From contig OX597828.1 in assembly GCA_951406725.2 (NCBI GenBank), positions 51,460,001-51,524,000 on the forward strand: a stretch of 64,000 bases of DNA. Reading direction: 5' to 3'. The position numbers and the translations under genes were made by a program. The notes beneath the pieces were generated by a model that saw only the letters and a list, made by a program, of their open reading frames with translations, had not been told where the DNA came from and made no database searches. The stretch comes from Octopus vulgaris (lineage: Eukaryota). Shown here in pieces: positions 28,288 through 40,389 of this stretch. The stretch's first letter is position 1. Every line of letters begins with the position of its first letter.

Positions 28288-28409
28288 TATAATATAGAGT
28301 ATTTTTCATGAAGTGTCGAGAATGTTTTATGCACTCGCGCAGAGTGTTTATGTGGATTACACATTATAAAGTATTTCTGTGTAGTCTTACATACACTTTT
28401 ATTATGTTA

Positions 28410-28620
28410 TTCTTTTATTTGTTTCAGTCATTTGACTGTTGCCATGCTGGAGCACCGCCCTCCGTCGAGCAAATCGAACTCAAGACTTTATTCTTTGTAA
28501 TCCTAGTACTTATTCTATCGGGCTCTTTTTGCCGAACCTTTACGACACCGGGACGTAAACACACGAACATCGGTGTCAATCGGTGTTGGGTGAACAGACC
28601 CAGACAGACAAACACACACA
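28410..28620 (-). mobile_element. SINE family A, 3' half
   Basis: Tail-region match. Confidence 0.85.
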
Positions 28621-28624
28621 CATA

Positions 28625-28685
<61 letters not shown>

Positions 28686-28832
28686 TAAAAGCAATTAAGA
28701 TCCAAGTGAGTTCTGTTGAATTCACATGAATGCGGTACTTAACTTAGATGCACCAGAAATCTATATGGTATTAACCATAAGATAATGCGGGGTGATTATA
28801 AACAAGAAAAAAGCAACAAAACTGGATCAGTA

Positions 28833-28922
28833 TTTCGGTACAATTGTTTCATACGAAGACCAGCTTTATTAAGGTTGCAAATATTGCAGCAAATACAAGT
28901 GACCCGTACTCATCAGCCGAAA
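28833..28922 (-). ncRNA. Minimal type-I hammerhead ribozyme with canonical core, inside PLE-type terminus 28683-28935
   Basis: TTTCGG-CTGATGA-GTACG...CGTAT-GAAA-C-AATT-GTA|CCGAAA: 6-bp stem I, palindromic ACAATTGT stem III, GUA cleavage triplet. Confidence 0.82.
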
Positions 28923-28933
28923 ACACATCTGAG

Positions 28934-28980
<47 letters not shown>

Positions 28981-28983
<3 letters not shown>

Positions 28984-30512
28984 TTGTATTTCGGGATGGT
29001 CATTTTTTTTTTGCCAAATAAACAGACGCACTATACATTCGTTCTTCACTCGTTAATTACTGTTCATTATGCGGAACTCTATCGTCACACATCTATGACC
29101 TCTTCAGCAATACTTTCCGTCTTGGTGCGTGCCCTTGTTCCACTTATTCCATTCTGTTCTTCTATGATGTGTCCCCATATATACACATGCGTTTGCGTCC
29201 GTGCTTTTGTGTGGGTGTGAGCGTGTCTATGTGTATGTGTGTGAATGACATTACTCTTAATAGCACTACGGTTTTTCCCTCAGTCCCATCCCTTCCCCTG
29301 TTGTCGCTGCTGTTGTCCTAGGACAGGGAACTTGGTTTAGTCCCTGTATCTCTCTATGTTTATTTGTCTGTATGTGTGTTCACTCATGATGCTGCCATCG
29401 TGGTTGTTGTTGTTGTTGTTGCTGTTATTGCCATCGATGTCACTGCTGTTGCTGCTGTTGTTGTTATTCGTGTTCGTGAGTTTATTGTGGCTGTTTGTGA
29501 AGTTACTCTATGTGTGTTTGTGTGTATGTATATGTGTCGCTTCCTATATTGTTTGTTACCGAGCCCTTTATATAGATTATTTATTTATTGTTTATCTATA
29601 TTTTTTATATTTATCACAGGTATGGGATAAGCATATATATTTATTTATTTTATTTGTCTCTCTATATTATATTTATCGAAAGTATATACATATATGTCTA
29701 TTGTGTGTGTATCACACCTTTTGTATCTGTTATTCATTTTATTTTATTTTTTCCTCTCCATTCTTCCTTCTGTTGTTAGTCATTATGTGTGTTCTGGTGA
29801 TGGGTGTTATTATTCCGTTCGTGTTATCTATTGATGCTCGATCTGTCTATTACAATGTGTGTAGACTCTGTGATCTGTCTAAGTGACGTGTCAATTCTAT
29901 GCATAGATAATACCATAACCTGTATGTTATTAATTGAGCCTCTATATTCTGCTTGAAAATGTTGGTAGAGCACTTACGAGTCTTTATCTTTTTTGAGCGC
30001 TCGCCAGCGTTTCACCTATACTGCGTGAAGTCTCTCCAGTGAAAGTAGTTGTCTAGTTTCTGCATCGTTCCTCGGTACATCGTAATCTGTACACTGTATT
30101 CTCAACTTTACAGTTTTACCCGTGGGTTCATCCTACATACAAAGCAAATATTCTCCGTACATGGGGACTTACGAAAGGGATAAGTTCTACAGATCAGGGA
30201 TTTTATAGGGGTACCATGCCTTTTTACTACTTAAATCCATAGATTAGTCTTACTTAATGTTTTTCCAAGAAGGTATGCGAGTTCGCCGACAGAGGCGAGC
30301 ATCAACGAACATGACACTCTGGTATTTTTTGTTGTCATACCATGAGTTGGCCTTATCAATCTTATTTCTGGTCCATTCTCTGCTGTTCCAGGATTTACTC
30401 ACCAAGTCAGCTTTTAAGAATATTGATCAAGATCAATATTGTTAGTCTGGAATTAACTATATTCTTGTGAACAATGTACTTAATGGCCATGGGTTTGGCA
30501 TAACAGGGGTTT

Positions 30513-30515
<3 letters not shown>
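28981..30515 (-). mobile_element. Penelope-like element relic: linker, GIY-YIG endonuclease and 3' UTR
   Basis: WYDNKKYQSVMFVDA; VVKRHGTPIKSLICRTYPFRKSPCTENICFVC; CKVENTVYRLRC..C..FTGETSRSIGE; VLYQHF..RQITESTHI..IN. Flanked by (TA)n; weak CTGAAGA..GAAA relic at 28989-29107. Confidence 0.8.
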
Positions 30516-30576
<61 letters not shown>

Positions 30577-30578
<2 letters not shown>

Positions 30579-30985
30579 GTGAGCGGTACATCATTTGTAC
30601 GATGTGGAGAATATACCGCCAACTTTGCCCAAACGACCTGAACATTAGCTTCAAGGTTCATCCAAGACTGGGACCACGGGCCATACGTCCCCTGCCCAAT
30701 TCAAGATCACAGCATACATGTACACTACAACATAATTTCTTTTCCTCAACAGGCCCTGCCCTATGTAACATTGTCCCGAAAGAGATCAAAAAGGAACAGG
30801 ATCCCATCAACTTTAAACGGAGTCTGGATAGATTCCTTCAAGGAATACCAGATAAGCCACCCATAATTGGATACAACTCACCCAACAAAAACTCACTACT
30901 TAAACAGGATTCAAATAATCCTATCAGGTGGTGCTATTAAGTTAGACATGGCCTGAACCAATCATTGGTCGAAACATATCTAAGT
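30577..30985 (+). mobile_element. CR1-like LINE 3' end (5'-truncated)
   Basis: RERYIICTMWRI..GPALCNIVPKEI..FKRSLDRFLQGIPDKP..GY..NSLL. Confidence 0.8.
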
Positions 30986-30994
30986 TTATCTTAG

Positions 30995-31400
30995 AGGAGT
31001 GGCTGTGTGGTAAGTAGTTTGCCTACCAGCCACATGGTTCTGGGTTCAGTCCCACTGCGTGGCATCTTGGTCAAGTGTCTTCTGCTATAGCCTCGGGCCG
31101 ACCAATGCCTTGTGAGTGGATTTGGTAGACGGAAACTGAAAGAAGCCTGTCGTATATATGTATATATATATATGTGTGTATGTATATGTTTGTGTGTCTG
31201 TGTTTGTCCCTCTAGCATTGCTTGACAACCGATGCTGGTGTGTTTACGTCCCCGTCACTTAGCGGTTCGACAAAAGAGACCGATAGAATAAGTACTAGGC
31301 TTACAAAGAATAAGTCCCGGGGTCGATTTGCTCGATTAAAGGTGGTGCACCAGCATGGCCGCAGTCAAATGACTGAAACAAGTAAAAGAGAAAAAAAAAG
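30995..31400 (+). mobile_element. SINE family A, full length
   Basis: Head, body and tail match. Confidence 0.92.
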
Positions 31401-32211
31401 AGAATATATATGTATATATATATATATAGAGAGAGAGAGAGAAAGATAGATAGATTTATATACGCATATATATCCTTCTCTGTTCGTGTGACCGTGCGAA
31501 CGCAAAGTGGTGCCGTATTTATCGAGTTGGAAAACATAAAAGGTATAGTTTACCCAGGTGAGATTTAAAATTTCGGTGGAGAGCAATCTAACCGTCAGTG
31601 TAGCGACCCTGTTTAATAGTCACCTTAATTATATACAGGTAAAAATGTATAAATACTCATATGATACACACATACGTACACATATATCTACACATTCCTC
31701 GAAACTTCGCGAGAAGATTACTATTAAATTATGCACTCTGCACACGACCTAGAGCGTACCATTCATCCGGCCTGTAAATTATTTGCTAATTACCCTTGTG
31801 GTTTACACAATATACCTATAAAGATTTGTTTTACAGACTTTTATTGATTTCCACATACACGTGCAAGCTTTGAATAGTCAACTGAGAAAAGTATTCAAAA
31901 TGTTATGTTCTGTTACAATTTATTTTACTACGTGATTTTTAAAATATATTGGATAACTGCCAATCATTTAAAATTTCGTATTGTGGTTTTTTAAGCATTC
32001 TATGTGTGTGAAATTAATTCTTCATTGTCGTCAATCAGCTAATTATTTTTTTTAAAACAAGCTCTATCTGTGTTTATTTATTCTTCCCTTTCAATACTGT
32101 CTAATGCTATCATTTTGTACTTTTGTTACAATAACGTGTTTATTTTTTGTAACTTTTTCTTTACATTCTTATAGATTACTTTAATGAAATATATATACAT
32201 TAATATTGTTG

Positions 32212-32284
<73 letters not shown>

Positions 32285-32311
32285 GTATATATATATATAT
32301 ATATATATATT

Positions 32312-32700
32312 GGCGCAGGAGTGGCTGTGTGGTACATAACTTGCTTACTAACCACATGGTTCCGGGCTCAGTTCCACTGCGTGGCACCTTGGGCAAGTGT
32401 CTTCTACTATAGCCTCGGGCCGACCAAATCCTTGTGAGAGGATTTGGTAGACGGGGACTGAAAGAAGCCCGTCGTATATATGTGTATCTGTGTGTGCGTG
32501 TTTGTGTGTCTGTGTTTGCCCCCCCCCCCCAACATCGCTTGACTTAGCAGTTCGGCCAAAGTAACCGATAGAATAAGTACTAGGCTAACAAAGAATAAGT
32601 CCTGGGATCGATTTGCTCGACTAAAGGCGGTGATCCAGCCTGGCCACAGTCAAATGACTGAAACAAGTAAAGGAGTAAAAGAGTAAAAAGAGTAAAAGAG
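32312..32700 (+). mobile_element. SINE family A, full length
   Basis: GGCGCAGGAGTGG head and (AAAAGAGT)n tail. Confidence 0.92.
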
Positions 32701-32759
32701 ATACGAGCAAAACGCCCAATGGACGGTGCTGAGTTGTCAGACATTTTAACCAAATTCTC

Positions 32760-33067
32760 TCAAAACAACTTCTCCGACCGTCCCGTAAGCCTCCCCTTTG
32801 AGAAACACTGATTTAACCTAAATTTCAGACACCAGCAAAAAAAGGAATAATGATAGACTTTTTTTTCTATTCCAGATAAAAACGATTTTATTCACTTTAT
32901 CGATCGCATTCTCACCTGGAATCGATTTTTGTAATTTTATGCAAGACTTATACACGCCCTGATACCGTCGTTATCTATATATCAAATTTGAGCGCAATCG
33001 GATGGAGGGTGCCCGAGATCCTAGAAGACACACACACAGACAAACAGAACGGATTTTATATAATAGA
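32760..33067 (-). mobile_element. Helitron-like non-autonomous element, 5' part
   Basis: Minus strand A|TCTATTATATAAAA..CTGTTTGTCTGTGTGTG..CCGATTGCGCTCAAATTTG, the same 5' architecture as 19005 and 39736; 3' terminus not found. Confidence 0.55.
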
Positions 33068-34028
33068 TATGTGAGTGTGTAAGAATAAAATCAATATAAA
33101 CATCAGTTTGCAATATTTCATCAAAAAGGAGAATTATAATTGTCAGTAAATGTGACAAGGGTATTAGGAAACACACACATTGCTAGAAATAAGAGCTGAA
33201 CTACTCTAATTCTGTAGTTAACGCGCATGAATGAAAACATATTCACTAACAAGGACCATAATCGTACGAAAAGTGCCGATGAAGAATTCTTGATACTGAC
33301 GTGTCAGTTTCGGCAATTCTCGTTACCTCATCTGTTAAGACGCTTCGACCGAACACGCTTCGCCATTAGTATATATGTTTTCGTAATCCAAATAATTGGC
33401 TGATTTAGCGATTCGCTAATTTGTATATATAAAATTAATATAGACAGCAGTTTGCAATGTTTCACCGAAAAGGAGAATTACAAATATTACTAAATGTGAC
33501 TAGGGCGACGAAGACATAAATGCTAACGGTGAAGCGAGTCTGGAAAGAGACGAACAGTCGAGCTCTCTTAACTCATGAAGCAACGAAAATTTCCGAAACT
33601 GACACATTCAGTATTATGAATTTTCGATCGGCACTTTTCGATTGGCACTTCTGATAACGCGCAGCAAAGGAATCGCAAACATCAAGAAACATTTCGATCC
33701 ATATTGTGCGCATTTCTCATTCAACCGCCGCCATCATTTTGGTGGTTACTGCCGAGTTTTTCACTGTATTCTTTATCGTTTAAGTATCCCAATAAAAAAT
33801 CTCAAGATGTGTATTGCCCGGTAAATATGGAAGATATTCAACTGATCCCCTTCGTCCATTCCATCTGCCTGATAAAATTTCATCAAAGCAAGATTTTATA
33901 TTAATATGATAATGTACGATGCCCCATCTTGTTGGAAATAAAATTCCATGTCCTTTGATGATAAATCTCACACAATATAACTCCTGGTAAATTAACTTGT
34001 TCTTCGTAATATTAAAATTCACAAAGTC

Positions 34029-34400
34029 CGGCGAGCTGGCAGAATCGTTAGCACGTCGGGCGAAATGCGTAGCCGTATTTCGTCTGCCGTTACGTTCTGA
34101 GTTCAAATTCCGCCTAGGTCGACTTTGCCTTTCATCCTTCCGGGGTCGATTAAATAAGTACCAGTTACGCACTGGTGTCGATACAATCGATTTATCCGTT
34201 TGTCTGTCCTTGTTTGTCCTCTCTGTGTTTAGCCCCTTGTGGGTAGTAAAGAAATAGGTATTTCGTCTGCCGCTACGTTCTGAGTTCAACTTCTGCCGAG
34301 GTCGAGTTTGCCTTTCATCCTTTCGGGGTCGATTAAATAAGTATCAGTTATCCACTGGGGTTTATGTAATCTATTAATCCCTTTGTCTATCCTTGTCTAT
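34029..34400 (+). mobile_element. SINE family B with a partial tandem second unit
   Basis: Full unit 34029-34256, then a repeat restarting at GGTATTTCGTCTGCC. Confidence 0.9.
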
Positions 34401-34739
34401 CCTTTATTGCTCCAAGAAAAAAAATATCAAGTTTGACAGGGTCCCTCTGTGTTTGATAATTGCGTTTGATAATTGAATCATTAAATAAAATATAAAATCA
34501 ACACTTCAACCATTGTTGGTAGTAAAGTGTGTAACTTCAACACATCTCACCAGATTCCTCTGGCTAAATATCGGCTTTCTACCCACTCCTCTTAATTGAC
34601 AGCGCAGACTATCCTCGGAAAGGAACATTTCAAATTACAGCGCTTCAAAAAGCGATAGACGAAACAATTTAAAATGTGAATCTTTTGCCTTAGTCGCCGT
34701 ACGCATTTAGTCGAATCTTCTGTTAATAATATTCTAGTA

Positions 34740-34970
34740 CCCTTTCTTGCTTTGTAATTATGTTCGTGGTCTTCCAGAACGTTACTTCAGGATATTCTGA
34801 ACAGTTCCACTTGCTTCAAACGTATCTCCAATTCGAGTTGAGATCAATGTAATCGAAGTTGTCTCAAACGTCCTCCTAAACGCTTTTCGCACCTCGACTA
34901 CATTTTCAAATTTTAAGTAGCATTTTAAGTTAAAATTCCCCGTTTCAAAACTTAACCCGGTCTCTTTCAT
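34740..34970 (-). mobile_element. Tc1/mariner-superfamily transposase N-terminal HTH relic
   Basis: LKCYLKFENVVEVRKAFRRTF..RIGDTFEASGTVQN..*RSGRPRT. Confidence 0.65.
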
Positions 34971-35499
34971 GATTTCTGATGGATTAGATTTAAAAGGAAA
35001 TCAAAACACTCAAACACACACACATACACACGCACACACAAGCACACTAACACACAAACACATATTCGTTTAATCCTTTAGAAGGTATTGAACGATTAAT
35101 ACGTAAACGTTCTATCTTATTCCACAAATTTGCATGAAGTTTGGAATAATCTTGAATCACTTGTGTACCATAAAACTGACTGAAATTTCAGTTACATCCG
35201 AGCACAAAGACAAATATACAAATAGTCAGACACACATCCCCACAGACACAACACACACGCATACACAGTAGCGTGAACATGCATACAAATATATAAATAT
35301 ATAACGCTGTTTGTATCCCAAATGTGACTTATTCATTTAAAAGTTAAATAGGGATTAAATATGTCCTTTGCTTGGCTGAATACTTGACAAATTTAATTAA
35401 ACGGCTTTGCATTTATTGTAATTTGGAATCAATATCTATTAATGTGCTAATTAATGCTGTTCTGCGTTTTCTCTAGCCATTCCTATTATAGGATTCGAA

Positions 35500-36100
35500 A
35501 TAGCTGTCACCTCTTAAAAATCCTACGCTGGCGGACGCTGCCCTTAGTCCAGCATGTATAAAATGACTAATCCAATCAGATCCGAATGCAAATATTCTAA
35601 ATGCAACGCTAAACTTTAACGTTCACAAACATCAATCTTATTTTAAATCCAACAAATTAGCAATATACATCAACAGAACACCAGCATCTGATTACAGTCG
35701 TAGAGTAAATTAACAGAAAACGTTAACAGCTGTATATCCAACATCCTATGAAAACGAGAAATCTATAAAAATACAGCTTCCCGCGACAATAACGTTTTAG
35801 CTAGAATTAATTCAAACATCCATTTTAAATATATAGCTCTACCCTTATTACATAACTTGCAACAATTATCCACAAAGTTTGTTCAATCTTTATATTGAAA
35901 AGGCCAGCAGACCTCCCCACCGAACAAAATTTACAACAAAATTCTGTTAAGACTAATTAATGCTGCATGTAGCATGTCAGGTAACAAATCTCAAATCACA
36001 ATGAAAATCTTCTAACACGAAACACCTACTCACGTGAAAATCCAAACAGATGCATTTTCAATAGAAAATGCGATATAAAAGAAGCATTATAGGAAGAAGA
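35500..36100 (+). mobile_element. Highly decayed Penelope-like RT thumb/linker relic
   Basis: VNSCISNIL*KREIYKNTASRDNNVLA resembles the PLE INRRISNISS..IF..A..YNNAL motif, followed by a KIYNK-like segment. Confidence 0.4.
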
Positions 36101-36787
36101 GAAGAGGTACAGGATGGAGGAGAGTAACAAGGGATATACTACACGTCCATTCATTAAGTCTACCGATTTGTGTAACGTCACATTCCATTGCAAATGTATT
36201 TGTTTTCTTAAAGAGCAGAATCGCCCCTACTCCTAAATGGATACAAAATAGTACAAGTTTGATTGAAGCTTTAAAATGCATTACAGCATTAATAGATTTG
36301 GAAGTACAGACTTGTCGAGACAAAAGCAAAACCACGATTTAAGAAGATATTTTACTGAATTTTGAATATTATGACGACCTCTGCTAGAGAAGCCATGTAC
36401 AGTGTTCCTGTCAGAAAATAAGACATTTTCTTACATGCAACTTGTAACAGAACGTTACAAGGAAACCTTAGCTAAAAACTAAACTAAACTCACAACTGTT
36501 CAATCGAATTAAGTGCACATTTTTGCATTGAGGTGAAGAGACATTTTTTTTAGTTGATCTTTATATGCGTAATACATATGCTGCCTGTTATCCAATGAAG
36601 TAGCGTGTTGCCAGAGACATCTGGTGTTAAAACATGATTTTCTTTATAGATTAGCAGAACTGTGTGATCGATCGAAAATATGCGAAAGCCAAAGTAGCGA
36701 CATGAAGCATTTGTTAGATATAGCTATACGGTACACACATATATTTTTATATTTATATATATATGTACACATATATATACACTCACG

Positions 36788-36818
<31 letters not shown>

Positions 36819-36819
36819 C

Positions 36820-36870
<51 letters not shown>

Positions 36871-36899
36871 GTGTGTGTGTGATTGTATACATATTCTGT

Positions 36900-37084
36900 T
36901 ATTCTCTTACTTTTTTTTTAGCCATTTCACTGCAGCCATCTTAGAGCACCACCTTGAGGAGTTTTAGTCAACGAACAAATCTGCCCCAGGACTTATATTT
37001 TGAGCCTACTACTCTTTTGCCGAACAGGTAAATTACGGAGACATAAGCATATCAACACCGGTTGTGAGGCGTTGATGGTGGGAT

Positions 37085-37131
<47 letters not shown>

Positions 37132-37195
37132 GATATATAAATATATATACGACGGGGTTTCAGTTTCTGTCTACTAAATCCACTTAAAGGAATTT
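36900..37195 (-). mobile_element. SINE family A, degenerate
   Basis: GAGCACCACC, TTTTGCCGAAC and CAGTTTCTGTCTACTAAATCCAC motifs. Confidence 0.75.
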
Positions 37196-37469
37196 GTTCA
37201 GACTTTTCAAGGTAGGCCGACAGTGTTGGCGGCTAAACGAATAAGAATGCAAGAGTTATGGGGTGGACACGATAAGATTCCGGCTACATGTATTTCATAG
37301 CGAGTGGAACCTCGGAAGTGGCAAATATTCAAGCGACAATTTAAACTTTCATTTAAACAAGATATCCGTGGCCTGAAAGTAGCCTGCTGATATTTACTCC
37401 GAGATCCACGCTCGCTCTGAAATATATGTAGTCCGGACCTTATCTACTGCACTCATTAACTCTTCAGCA

Positions 37470-37920
<451 letters not shown>

Positions 37921-38806
37921 AGACAAACTCTTGAGTATCCCACGTTTGTGATGTGGCTAGCTCTTCGGATTATGTATAGGTACGATCAATACAAACTTTT
38001 CCACTGATCTTCAGTTTCCTCTAGTTACAATCACTATACTACGGCACTATTTATTAACATTTAACACTCAAATAATATACGACCATAGCAAAATATTACC
38101 CGTTCGTGATTGTTATACGTAAAGTAATAATACATCCACTAAAACCACTTAGTTCAGGTGTAAACTCTGCAATTTAAACTAGCATTACAGAAAACTATCT
38201 ATAAACAGCAGAACATCACAATAAGATAATGGTAGGATTAATTATGAAAATGGCCGCAGTAATTATATCATATGAAACAAAATAACATTAAGAAGACAGG
38301 AAAGCAACACATCCTCTGTGAAATAGAAACAAGATCTGTTCACAGATATGTATACACACAAGGATACGTAAACAACACATGTCCAATTATATGACTGATC
38401 TACATTCACGTTACGGGACTAATTGTTTTAATAGTGTTAGCTTAATTAATGAAAATATAATTAAATAACTTACTACTGACCAAATGCGTTCATAATTCTG
38501 TTCCTAATTGTAAACATTTATTAGCGCTGATCTCTCGAGGTCCAGCTGTCTAAGTTTTCCTGATGCGAAGACAATATGAAGCGGAAAACATAGTCACGCT
38601 GTAAAACAAAACACTAATGGGAAAAATTCAACGAACGATGTTACTTCGGAAATTGCCGCGGTTGGTATGAGACTTTAGTGGCGAAGAATGTAACCAACAG
38701 GAAATATTTCCAACGAAAAGAAAATTAATACAATTTACTTCTTATTCTACACACTGCGTGATACATTTTACGCGCACATTACAAATACATATGCAGACAA
38801 TTATAT

Positions 38807-38857
<51 letters not shown>

Positions 38858-38988
38858 CATACTATACATACACACACACACACACACACACACAGAAACG
38901 CACATGCATATATGTATATGTAAGCACGCACACACACACGAACTTATATAAATATGTGGGTATATATATTTATCTATCTCGCTCGCTC

Positions 38989-39064
<76 letters not shown>

Positions 39065-39391
39065 TACATACATACATACGTACATACATACATACAAGCT
39101 AACATTATATTGCACAGGACTACGATTTGTCTAAACATGTCATGCGGTAGAACATATTTTCATTCAAATGCTTATATAAAAGAAACAGTTCCATCGCACT
39201 ACCGCAAAAATTGAGATAGCATTTCTCTGCATTTTAGCCGGCAGTTACCCTTTCGTATTTACTAATCTGTCAACATAAAAGGTTGTTTATCTTATATGAG
39301 AACATATTTATCTCTATGGATCGGCCTTCCAGTAAATAGCTGTTTTATTATTCAATAAGATTTCATTATTCGCTCTCGTTAGATAGATAAG

Positions 39392-39423
<32 letters not shown>

Positions 39424-39735
39424 AAGACAGACAGATTGCCAGACTAATAGTTAGATAGAGAAAAGGATATTTTTACGTATAAGTACAAATTAATTACATA
39501 CAGACATATTAGTACGTGTGTGTAAAACAGTGATTTATATATATATATGTGTGTGTGTGAGAGTGTGTGTGTGTGTGTGTGCGTGTTTGAGTGAGTATGC
39601 ATGTAGTGTGCATGAGAGATGCCTTATACATATCTCTCATACATATTCATGCAACCGATTGCATACCCCCGCCAGACACACTCGCACACATAATATTCAC
39701 ATGCACTTATAGATAGTTTTCAAATTTATATATTA

Positions 39736-40039
39736 CTAGCAGTTTCGCCCGGCGTTGCTTGGGTTTGTAAGGGAAATAACTATATAAGCATTTTTAGAGA
39801 GTTACTTCCCTTATATAATAGCAAAACAAATGCATTAAAAATGGGAAAATATGGTGGTAATTTTTTTTTTTTAATCTTAGACTCATCGTAGACGCGCACG
39901 CTTATACCCAGAAGGGCTCGATATGAATCACGACTATAAGATACCCGGTTTTTGGTTAAACTGCACCGCAAAATGTGGGAGTAGTTAGGAATCTAAATCG
40001 TAGGAGACAGACACACAACTTCACTTTTATATATAAAGA
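39736..40039 (-). mobile_element. Complete 304-bp non-autonomous Helitron
   Basis: Minus strand A|TCTTTATATATAAAAG...CCCAAGCAACGCCGGG hairpin..CTAG|T. Confidence 0.85.
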
Positions 40040-40116
40040 TTTTTTAATAATATTGATTCACGTATCATCATCATCATCATTATTATTATATATTTCTTCT
40101 TTTTCTTCTTCTTCTT

Positions 40117-40214
<98 letters not shown>

Positions 40215-40289
40215 CTGTGGTGTACATAGGACGTGTTTTGAAACGCTCCAGGCTGGGTCAGTCTAAAACTTCTATACGAACCACTTTGG

Positions 40290-40389
40290 NNNNNNNNNNN
40301 NNNNNNNNNNNNNNNNNNNNNNNNNNNNNNNNNNNNNNNNNNNNNNNNNNNNNNNNNNNNNNNNNNNNNNNNNNNNNNNNNNNNNNNNN
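40290..40389. other. Assembly gap (100 N)
   Basis: Run of N; identical 13-mer CGAACCACTTTGG on both sides. Confidence 0.99.

Noticed and set aside
30005-30045. Hammerhead-like CTGGAGA..GAAAC on the minus strand
   Set aside because: This is GIY-YIG coding sequence (TGETSRSIGET) and has no stem I.
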